Source of the DNA: a bacterium
GTDB lineage: Bacteria; UBA8248
Reading direction: 5' to 3'
Length of the DNA stretch: 64,000 nt
NCBI GenBank assembly: GCA_965213685.1
Contig: CBDBZY010000007.1
Coordinates: forward strand, 160,001-224,000
Below the pieces are notes generated by a model that worked only from the letters and a program-made list of their open reading frames with translations, was not told the DNA's origin and made no database searches. Shown piece after piece: positions 50,497-64,000 of this stretch. The position numbers were made by a program, and so were the translations under genes. Numbering within the stretch: the stretch's first letter is position 1; each line of letters opens with the position of its first letter.

Positions 50497-51297
50497 CTAC
50501 TGACTGACTGGTCCTATCTCCTCTTCACTCAGTTGGAAGTCATGCACAACTTTGAGGAGGACCACACAGTATATTGCAGTAACAATTCCAAGAATGGTGA
50601 CAGAGAGAACTTTTGCTGCCACAGACCACATAATCCAGCGCTGCGCTCTCTTGGCAAGCTTCACTGAGCCCTCGTAGTCTCCCATGTCATAGCGGTCCTC
50701 AGCCTGTGGAATTCAAACACTTGAAGTCAGGACTGAGCCTATGCTTTACACGCCAACTTGCCCCCCCCCCCCCCAGGCATAGATACTATATTCAGTACCC
50801 ACCCCAAATAAGTATCTATGCCCTAGGCCCCCACCCAGCCCCTTGCATTTTGCAGACCAAGCCCCCCCTTAAGCACCCCCAGACCAATTTGTTAACCCCT
50901 CCTAGTCTTCAGACCAGTCTTGAGGGCAACTGAGTTCAGCAAGGGGCTACAGGGTTAGGCCATAGATATTTAATATCTATGGTTAGGCACGGCCTGGGAC
51001 CGTAGCGCCGCCATTCTCCTCTGTTAAGACTCTCTGCTCACCTGGTAGGCCGTGATAAGTGCTATGATGGCGCAGGGCATGCAGCACAGGATCATCGCCC
51101 CTAGCGCTGGCCACCAGTGGGTCTCTGGACGGCGGGGGAGGGGGTCTAGCTCCGCCATCGCCTGCGTGAACGCCAGGACGGCATGGCATGGACATTGTAC
51201 CAGCATCGAGGTTGCGGTACATATACCAGCTCAGTAGTGATTATCTCACCTTTAGCTTCTCTTCTCCTGGCGGCACGAGCGCTATGTGCTCCTCCAT
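50497..51297 (-). CDS. CD225/dispanin family protein, paralog 1 (3 exons)
   Basis: MEEHIALVPPGEEKLK / ...RPETHWWPALGAMILCCMPCAIIALITAYQ / AEDRYDMGDYEGSVKLAKRAQRWIMWSV plus a TM segment. Confidence 0.8.
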
Positions 51298-51560
51298 CTT
51301 CCCAATAATGACGTTATCGGTGTTTCAGCGGGGGTCTAAATATTTTTTGTACTAGTTCCCGCGAACGGCAGACCATGCCATAGTATTCTTAAAACGATTG
51401 CCTACACAGAAGAAAAACTTTGCCTCTGAACACAAAATTACAAATTAATGCAGCTTGCCTGTATGAGCATGCATGACCCTATTTACAATGTCATAATGAG
51501 GGAAAAGTACACTGTTATATCATGTAAGCAAAAACTGTTCATGAAAATTTACGATGGCAA

Positions 51561-53210
<1,650 letters not shown>

Positions 53211-53555
53211 TCTCGTAGCGAGAGGTGTCTGTAGTGAAAGAAAATACCGTATCTGTTGTGCTTTTACAGTCGACGATAAAGCGCTCACTTAGTAGTCAAT
53301 AGTCTGCTAGTCTCTGCCAGCCGCACACTGTTCCCCTCTAGCTCTGGTTCCTAGACCTTCCGCGATCTGCGCATGCGCTACCCCTCCCTCCGCGCATTAT
53401 ATACCTTCCGAAATCCTTCGGCAAGTGGAATAAAACATTGGCACAACGGCAGTGACAACCTATTAAGCAAGGATTTTGTAATAAAATAGCTTGTTCTACA
53501 TTCAACCGCATGAGTTTTTTTCTCTGCAGGCGCTAGGTCCGCGTAGGCCAGGAGT

Positions 53556-53595
53556 CTCGCGCGCCAGCCCCTCACGTGAGGGGCTGGCGCGCGAG
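53556..53595. repeat. Perfect 40-bp palindrome
   Basis: ctcgcgcgccagcccctcac|gtgaggggctggcgcgcgag. Confidence 0.9.
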
Positions 53596-53942
53596 CTAGC
53601 TAGACTGTACTAACTAGCTAGAAGAATGCATGCTCACGCGACAATCCGGCCACAGTTATTTCAGTAAACCGCACGGGATTTTCTCCACGGAGCCGGCAGG
53701 GCCAGGAAGCCATCTGCCAAGACTTGGGGACACAAAACTTAGCAGTTGTTGTTTACAAGCTATGGAAAAGCAGACAGCAGTGAAAAAGTGGGCAAATATG
53801 CACAGCCAAGAATAGTGAATTATCAGAACATTATCATGTACAAAATTAATATAATTCAGTTAAAAATACTACTACTCCACACAATGTTATACAACAGCAA
53901 TATAACACACCAAAAGCCAACAGGAAACAGCCTACTAATCAG

Positions 53943-55418
<1,476 letters not shown>

Positions 55419-58400
55419 TTTTTTTTGACAACTTTACTTATGACATCATTGTAACGTCATTGTTAATCGCGTGAGCGTACCTCTGCGCGCGCTGGGATCT
55501 ACCGGGAAAACGACTGGGAAGCATCTTGTCTTTGTACTGCAGTACTCTTTGTGCGTGCACTGAGCGAGAAGTATCGTTTGAGTATCTTAAGCCCAGAATA
55601 CCACGGTTGAGTGAGAGTGTTTTGGCGAAAGACCCACTCTTCGCGTTATATAGTTCATGGAGTAATCTACGACCTCTACTGAGACGTAATCTACACAGCT
55701 CTTCTTGAACCTAAAAGACTTGGATATCTCTATGCAAAGAGCTTTGTGGAGCGAAACCAGAAATCCGCGCATGCGCAGTAATTTTCATTGCGATACAAAA
55801 GGCGTGAACGGTTCACTATGTGCGCAGACAGACTGTGCGAGGCGCGGACTACTCTGGGCCTCGGGAGTCAATCACGCAGTCTGTGCTAATTCTCTCAACG
55901 GCCAGTCGCTCTGAAGTCTGGTCTCTCCATGCGCACGGCAGTACTACGACCTTCGCGTACGGAGTGCAGAAAACGCCGCGGACTATATAGTACTTCACAA
56001 GTGACTGCTGGCCTATGGCTAGTTGACCTGACTCGGAAACGTGCATGATGTACCTCTCCTACCCACGTCTGCCCTGCCCGCCATCAGCGTCAACAACGCA
56101 GCACATCTGAATGCAGGAATGAAGTACGCAGCGGCAACCAGACAGACACCGGCCGTGTCCAGCTACTCCTCTGCCATGGCGAACTTGAAGTAGAACGGAA
56201 CTATTGGAAGGTATGTACGCAGCTGCGCTGCATGCAGTGAATGTCCTGTTACAGAATCTATATGTCCATCCACCGACAACTATGGACGTGTGCTGATTGA
56301 CAATGTTCTCTTTCTCTTCGCAGTCCCCCACAAGCTTGAAGCTGTTCCACCATACTTAGACGTACCACTCTAATATCTATGGTTCCACATAGGTTGCTAC
56401 ACCGCAGCGGTGAACAACGGAACTCTGTGACTATGGCGTGAACTGAAACTTCCGTGTTTATATTCTTGTGAGTACTTTAAACTATATCATAAGAGGACAG
56501 GGTTCATTATTCTCTTTCTCTTCACAGCAGTTTCCACAAGCTTGAAGTTGTTCCACAGATGTTACTGCAATGAAGTGGTAAACAATGCGACTGACTAACA
56601 TGGACAGAGTTTTTGTTTTTTTGCTTTCTTTGTTTTGCTTGTGAGTGAAAGGGAAGGGGAGTGGGGGAGAAGGGCTGCACTGTTTTGTGTCATGTGATAG
56701 GACTGGGAGCATTTAAATTCAGTCACTAAAGTGCAGAGCACCAGCACAGCTTGCCAACAGAGACAAACTCAAGTATTCATGCATGTTGTTTACAGTGGTG
56801 TGCAAGGAGGGTATTGTGCTTTCTTGTGGATATTAATTAGGTACATTCCACACTGGCCACTGCCCATTGTTTGGTTTCTAGTTTCAGTCTCCCACTGCTC
56901 CACCTCATACACCACATACACTGACACTTAATTGTCTCCCTGACCACCCACCATGTATGAATGAGGAGGGGGTGAGGGTTGGGAATGGGGAGCCTGGTCA
57001 CAGTAGGTGTGGGGACATTGCAGCCTCTTTGCCTGTGCCATTTTCACTAGAGGCCTGCCCTGTGCTAGCAGAACTGGTGAACACTGGGAGAAGCTCTTTG
57101 GTGTGAAGTAAATCATTTGCTGTTGGACTGGAAATATTTGCAGTTGACAATATTTTTCATGCTTTGCGAATTTTCTCGAAATAAAATTTACCTCAACCAC
57201 GCTTTTCAACACACGTGACATTTACGCTGTTCAACTGCAGACATGTCCAGTCCAATGGTATAGGAAGCACTGATGACAGATGCATGTGAGAGGTGACTTC
57301 ACACTTGGAACCCCTCAACTTGCCAGCCTGTTGCGAGGCTTGCCCATACAACGGCCCATCCAGAGCTGGCCTGGATGGACCAGGTGAGGGCAAGCCCTGG
57401 AGCAGGGTTGAGTGGACACAAGTCTAAAGCACCCCACACTGCCTCTGTCAGAGGTGCTGTAGGACTAGGCCTCATCACTTCTCCCACTGTTCTATGCTGG
57501 TCCAGGGCAGGTTGCTAGAGTTGGTGGGTCAGACAAGAGGCTCTGATGTTCCCACATGCACCTACAGCTCAGTACATGACCTAAATACTAGTGTGTACAT
57601 TGTGGCATGTTGTGAGGGAAGGGGAGGAGTTGACCTTGCTTGGGAAGGTCATGGTGGGTTGTTGAGGTGACACTCTGTGTTGTGTGTGGTGTGTGGGGGG
57701 AGCCAGAGGAGGTGAGGTGAGCATTAGGTGCCTGGCATTGGCTCAGTGTGGGGTGGACTGCTATAGGTGACTACATGGAGAGCATGGGGCAAGGTCGTGC
57801 CCCAGAGCATCGTGCTGGTGGGTGGGTTTGGGAGAGGAAGCTTCATGTCTTGATTTTCTATATACGTGGCACAAAGCACAGCAGTCCTTCTGCATGAGAA
57901 TGAGCTTGGGAGGAGAGACACTACCTTTTTTCTTTTGAAGTTTCATTTTTGCATTTAATTTTGTATGACGATGACAGACAGTGACACAACACATCCAATG
58001 CTCAGCACTGGAAGTTGATCAGGTATTAAATGTGTTCATGGAATTTTAGCTGATTATTTGTTAATTATTAAATGTTCCCATCATTTCCTCCATTGTGATT
58101 CTCTTCCAAACAGCAATCAGTGCACATCACATGGGCCCTAACCCCTCTATCTTGGGCTGTTGTGGTGACCCTGTCCCATCCTGTGCTCTACAACTGATGG
58201 GACTGCTAGTAAGTCACTTTGTAGAGAGTTTGTCTGTGTCTGTGTCTTGGTGGATAGAAATTAGTTGGTACCCTTAATTGGTTCATTAAATTTGAAGGGT
58301 CCACTGTATACTTTTCCCAAAATCGTTCTTGTACAGCTAACTGTGCTGGTGTATATTTCAATGCTGGAAAGAGAGAATCTTGCAAGCAAGACTCCCTAAC

Positions 58401-58977
58401 TCACCTCATCCTCCTCCCTTTCCTTTCCTCCTTCTCCATCTCTCTTGTTTCTCTGCTACTACAGATTCCATGGGCTGTGCTCCACTACAGCATGGAAGCC
58501 AGCAGCTGCAGTGGTGAGGCAGTCGTTCCAGGAGCCCGTAAGCCCTCAGTTGGCCAAGGGACAGAGTCCAGGCGACTGTCTCCCCTGCAGCTGCTCCACT
58601 GCCACCGTTCTTCCCAACAACTGACACCACATGGTGCCAGATGTCACCTGAACCATACCAGAGCTACCTGCCGTCCCACTGAGGGAAGAGGTGGAATTGC
58701 AGCTAGTGTGGGACCGTGAAGAAGGTGCGTATATAATCACAATGGGTAGCGTATGGGTAGTGTATAAGTTTTGCTTCATGGTGGAAGTGTGCAATGCATT
58801 GTCATGCAGCCTACAAGGCTACACACTCTATTGACAGTATGAGTAATCATCTGGCTGTATCTTTCTCTCCCTACAGATCTGATCAATCTGTATTAGCACC
58901 ATCATACACATCATCATTTTGGACTTGAACCTACATTGGGTGGTGGAGAACCAGAGGAAGCCAAGAGTATTGTCAAT

Positions 58978-59372
58978 GAACAATAATCGCCGTCTTGCAG
59001 CTCACGAGCTAAATCATCCTCCACCCAAAGCCACTGATGCATCAGTACACTGGACATATAGCAAGCACCAGATACATGATGCTACACTGCTATTCACTGA
59101 CCATCCAGCCCAGTTCAGATTTCAACTTTAATAGCACATGATCAAAGTGAAATTGTGTAACTGAATTGAACTAAGAAAGTTAAGGGGGCCCCCATTCTGA
59201 TACATCTGCTGCAAACAAATACAAACTAAGCAAACTGCAGTGGAAAGACTCAAACAATACCTCCATTTTGCCTAAAGCAAGGAACTTCATTCTTCAAAGA
59301 ACAATAATTGGATTAATCGCTGTCTTGCAGCTCATGAGCTAAATCATCCTCCACTCAAAGCCACTGATGCAT
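58978..59372. repeat. Dispersed direct repeat, ~60 bp, 2 copies
   Basis: taatcgc.gtcttgcagctca.gagctaaatcatcctccac.caaagccactgatgcat occurs at ~58984 and ~59314. Confidence 0.8.
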
Positions 59373-59754
59373 ACATTATTTGTATTAATGATGGTGTATT
59401 ATTTGTTAATTATTAAATTAATAATTATGAAGCTCACCTACATATGCCACCAGTTTTTCTGACTGGAGAATGGTGGGAGGGGTAGGTGCACATGTGGGGT
59501 GCATGTGTAATTCATTGGTGATGAGTTACGGTATGCAGCAGGTCTGGACTGTGAAACGTTTAGCTGTGGGAATGGCAGCCCCACCCACACATTCCTAGCC
59601 TGTGATCTGACCCATGATGTCAATCTTTGTCACACCACTTTACACTCTGGACTGGTCAATCATTCATTTCATATGCAATAAACCACAGACCATCTATTTA
59701 AGTAAGTAAAAGTGGGCTTAGCCCACATAACAAGAATACACACATGTACATAAT

Positions 59755-60735
59755 TTATGTGTCTGTGGTGGTACTGTTCTTAGCAGCAATAGCGGCAAAT
59801 ACAGCAGTGGGGATGATCCAGCCAAGCTGCAGGAGGAACACAATCACAAGGATTATGACCCCCACGAGAATGGACAGCTTGTTGAAGGTCCGGGCAGAGC
59901 GAGTGGCAACACTTGCCTCCTGGTACCGACCCGCCTGGTAGGCTGAGCGGGCCTGCAGGGGAAGGAGACATCGGGTGTTGAGTGAATGGAGAGCAAAAGA
60001 CACAGTATAATATACATGTGTTCAACATGGACACAGGCAATTGTCACTGAACAAGGAAATGAAGGTCATGTGGAACTGCCATGAGTGAAGTTACCCCTCA
60101 TCTCACTCCTTTACCAAACCTTCCATCCCTCTACATAAGCATTGTTATTCTATTGCCATAGCCAGTCGGTTATGGTGGCAATTTATACATGCAGTTTGTC
60201 GTGACACATGTTGAGCTCTGGAAAGAAGAGTTGACCTTCGCAACATCATGACTTCAGATCACCTAGAGGAACCAACTTGCACACTCAACAGCTGGACGTG
60301 TCCCAATGCTATCTCAAAGTCTGCAAAAAATGGATGTCTACAATCAGTAGCAAAGTCTGTGCGGTAGTACTGTGCAGTGCAATGGCTGGTGAGTGAATGC
60401 ATCGTGGCACATGATGGTGTTATGGAGCTCCTAAGGCTCACTCAGCTCTCACCTCCATACTCTTGATAATGGCGAACACTCCCAGGGGCCAAAAGCAGCA
60501 GAAGGTGGTGAAGAGAGACATCAGCAGCTGGTCGTCAGGCGGAGCTGGTTCAAACTGAGTTGGCTGGTACACAACTGTAGGAGGGGCTGCCGTGTAGTGA
60601 GCCGTACCGCCATCCAGCAGAGGGGCTGCGTGAAGTGCGTAAGGATGCTGCTGGTTGCGTACACTCTTGTATACAGTTTAAAACGTCCTCTCAATCTAAC
60701 TCTCACATCTTACCCTTCTCTTTCTTGGTGCTCAT
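59755..60735 (-). CDS. CD225/dispanin family protein, paralog 4 (3 exons)
   Basis: MSTKKEK / APLLDGGTAHYTAAPPTVVYQP...PPDDQLLMSLFTTFCCFWPLGVFAIIKSME / ARSAYQAGRYQEASVATRSARTFNKLS plus a TM segment. Confidence 0.85.
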
Positions 60736-61211
60736 GTTTGGTGAAAAAAAAAAACACAAAGGGGACTAAACACTAAACTTAGTCCCGTGATAGTTGCGTC
60801 AGCCGGCCATATCATGCGCCCGGCGCCCACTCCCACGCATCGCGAAGTCATGGGGTGTGTTTAACACTCTTGCAGTTGCGTCCATAATAATGCATGACAT
60901 TGTATAAATAATGAAATCGGCCAAAATAATTTAACTCCAGCTATAATGAACAGACGGGCTATATAACTTTGGTAGAGATGGCTACTATGCTAACTGGCTA
61001 CTAGCTAGCGTAATAATTATACGCTAAGGTTCCATGAGAGAAACAATCATTGCTAGCTTTGCATACATATGCACATTATATACATGTAATATATACACTT
61101 GTTATTGTCCAATTACTACTACTGACACACACATAAACATAAGATCAGCTTGAGTCATACAGCAAGGATAAAATGACTGAATACAAAACATGCCACATTG
61201 GTGGCAGTAGT

Positions 61212-62220
61212 TCAGTCTTCACCGCTCCTATCATCCGGTGCAGTGGCAGCCAACACTGCAGTAGGAATGATCCAGGTAAGTTGCAAGACCAGTACAGCCA
61301 CGAGGATTATGACTCCCACGAGGATGGACAGTTTGTTGAATGTTTTTGCAGAGCGTGTGGCGGCAGCTGCATCCTGGTGCCGACCCGACTGGTAGGCTGT
61401 ACGGGCCTGCAAGGGGACAGGCATCAGGTGGTGAGTGGATAGAACAAGGTGCAATCATGTGTTCTAATAGACATGAACAACTGTTGTGATGGCAGTGAGG
61501 CAGTTTCTGAAAACTGGTCAAACTTTGCTTGCCATACCACCAAGCATAGCACTATACGTGCGCATCAATTATTTGTGGCGAGAGTTCAATGTTTTATGTT
61601 CCATTTTTAATGATTTTGTTTACACAACTGCTCCAAATATGGTTCAGATTCAGTCTCTGAAGGCCTGACATTCAACATTTTCCTGGGGGGGGAGGGGCAT
61701 GCCCCCAGACCCTCCTAAGTACTGCAGTGTTTCGTCTACAGCAAATTCTTGGCCCTTTGAAATTATTTTTTGTTCAGGAGCTGTATCTAGGTCTGAGACA
61801 AGTCTGGCCCTACAGTTGTCTACCATCTGTAAGTGACTGAAGTATTGTGATTGTGAGAAAACACGGCCTCTAGAAGCTCTCACCTCGATACTCTTGATGA
61901 TGGCAAACATTCCCAGGGGCCAAAAGCAGCAGAAGGTGGTGAAAAGAGACATCACCAGCTGGTCGTCAGGGGGAGCTGCACTGACTACAGTTGGCTGGTA
62001 CACGACTGTAGGAGGGGCTGCCGTGTAGGCTGGAGGCTGAGCTTTCTCCTCAAGTACCAGAGGACCTGTGTGTGGACGAGAGAGAGAGAGAGACCATGGG
62101 GTGAGGGGGGGGGGAGAGAGGGGGGGCGACATAAAACAGAGGAAGACAGAGAACTATTGTTATTACTCCTGAAGTAGCGACTTCTCAAGCTGCCTTACTC
62201 TTGTCTTTCTCAACGCTCAT
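61212..62220 (-). CDS. CD225/dispanin family protein, paralog 5 (3 exons)
   Basis: MSVEKDK / ...QPPAYTAAPPTVVYQP...PPDDQLVMSLFTTFCCFWPLGMFAIIKSIE / ARTAYQSGRHQDAAAATRSAKTFNKLS plus a TM segment. Confidence 0.85.
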
Positions 62221-62395
62221 ACTTCACTTCTCACAACGTCTCTAAGACACCGATCACGGTTTATAATTGGTACTAAGTGACGTCATGCCCTAATTTGCGC
62301 GTGCGTCGCAGGGTCTTACTCATCATTAAATTCCTTGCCATTTGCTGCCCCGTTTCACTGAAGGCTTCTTTCTGCAAGTCCTCCGCAATCCCATC

Positions 62396-62865
62396 ATGTC
62401 GGCCAGACGTAAGTGGACCGGTTTGTATGTGTGTGCGCGCCTTCAGCATGCCTGCCACGTCAGCATGTACATGTACGAGCATATGCACGAGAGTCATACT
62501 GCCACTCGCCAACGCTTCGTTGGCTAACGAAGTTACTGAGAGAGAGTTGCGGTACATCATCCTTGCCTCGGCCCCCCCTCCAATGGCCCTCTTTTGTAGC
62601 TAAGTGCGCAATTGAACTGTTTTGCAAGTGTAGCAGACGGTGTGATCAGCCTATGTCCACTTTAACCCTTTCCTCCCTCCCTCTCCTTCCTCTTCCACTA
62701 TCTCCTCTTCACCTCGCTCCATCTCTCCTTCCTCCCTCCCCCAGCACCGCTCAAGAAGATGAACCTGAGCAAGCAGCCTCGGCTGCCTGGCCTCAAGACA
62801 CCTGGAACCTCCACCCCAACCCCTTCCAAACCCCTCCCCACCAGTGAACCCACCCCCCCTCCTCC
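62396..62865 (+). CDS. Probable first two coding exons of an unidentified gene continuing rightwards
   Basis: atgtcggccagac|gtaagt (62396-62408, phase 1) joins in frame to ...cccccag|caccgctcaag (62745 onward), giving MSARPPLKKMNLSKQPRLPGLKTPGTSTP. It is divergent from dispanin paralog 5. No domain is recognisable. Confidence 0.35.
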
Positions 62866-64000
62866 GTAAGCCCCACCCCCTCTGTAAGCCCCGCCCCCTC
62901 CTCTGTAAACCCCGCTTCCCTCTGTAACTCATCAATCTCCCCCACCCCTTTTCATAGGCACCCCCTCCCTATTTTTCACTTGAAAACTATTTTTTTAAGC
63001 ATCTCATCACTCCTCACTCTCTTCGTGTCACCTCCCCACAACTCCTAGCTACCACATCACCATGCACATCACCCCCTCACCTCTCACACACTACACCTGT
63101 ACACAATCACTCATACAACCTCTTCCTCCCAAACCTCCCTCCCTAGTCCCCCTCCCCCCCCCCCCCCCCCCTTCAGTACTGTCCCAACTAACCACATGTC
63201 TCACTTCACATTCACTTGGCTTAGCTTGCACCCCTTTTTGGGGATGGTGTTGCTATAGTAACCCTTGACCCCTTGTATTCTGCTATATGCCTCCTGGTAG
63301 AAGTGTGGGGAGGACATGCTGTGTGTCTCAGCTGGTCGGCCATTGGATGCGTCTCCCTCCTAGTGCATGTCTCCATCTGGACTGTGCTGGTGGTGGTGAT
63401 TGGGAGGGGAGAGGGGGGGGGGGAAGGGAAGCACACTCAGCATGATGACATGTTATGTTCAGCTTCCATTGGTGGTTCCAGGATTTACAGCTAGGAGTCT
63501 ATAGTAAAAAGTGGGTGTGGAAAGGCCTGCTTGTGAGCTGGACAGGCAGCTGCATGTAGGGCTTCACTGACCATTTGTACACTCACAGTTGGTGGAGCCA
63601 CCCTGGGGAAGGTTGCTAGCCACCCGCCTCCTGGGGAAGGTTGCTAGCCATGCCTCCTGGGGGAGGTTGTTACCCACCCCTCCTGGAGGGGAGGGTTGTT
63701 GACCACAGCCTGGGGTAGCCATGCACACCTGGGAAGAGGTGAGTTAGTTTTACTATCACCACCATTAGTATTTCCTTCCTGTCAGTGTCAGTAGCAATAC
63801 CCCATGCAGTCTAGGGAAGCTTGATCTGAAGGTTAGAAGGAGGAGGGGGGGGGTCTAGCTGGAAGACATTTGGTATGAGGCAATAGGCAGTCTTAGGAAG
63901 CAGTTAGAGAGGCTATATCTCACAGCTGTTGCTTGCTGCCATAGTTCCTGGTCCCTGCACACATCACTTCAGGTGTGTGTGTGTGTGTGTGTGTGTGTGT

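Noticed and set aside
50728-50922. Possible MITE (caggactg…cagtcttg) in the dispanin 1 intron
   Set aside because: The TIR match is short and no TSD is present, so support is insufficient.
56059-56331. Cys-rich 90-aa ORF
   Set aside because: No recognisable zinc-finger spacing, start context or splice structure. It is likely a repeat remnant.

Overview
This is eukaryotic, intron-rich and very gene-dense DNA. It is most consistent with a demosponge-type animal genome, which is an inference from the gene families, intron style and repeats. About 17-18 protein-coding genes are supported: WDR90 (3' part) with a same-strand kinase/coiled-coil/Kelch gene nested in one intron, UQCRC2, SPATA20, an intronless TRIM-NHL, an SLC15/POT peptide transporter, a RING/TRAF-zinc-finger E3, NUDT1, EXOC3, POLD2, MLST8, a Tweety-family gene, five tandem CD225/dispanin (IFITM/PRRT-like) genes, and probably the start of one more gene. 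The main non-coding signals are: (1) two homologous copies of a short dispersed element carrying a minimal hammerhead-ribozyme core, both intronic and antisense to their hosts; (2) a transcription-oriented intron polarity, G-rich (GGAG/GT) after donors and C-rich (CCCT/CA) before acceptors, with the two tract types mutually complementary; (3) CAG-terminal MITEs with 5-bp target duplications, a 59-bp palindromic insert with a 10-bp duplication, and a tRNA-derived SINE; (4) head-to-head gene pairs with only 68-175 bp between start codons. Exon boundaries were read by eye and may be off by a few bases. No database searches were run.
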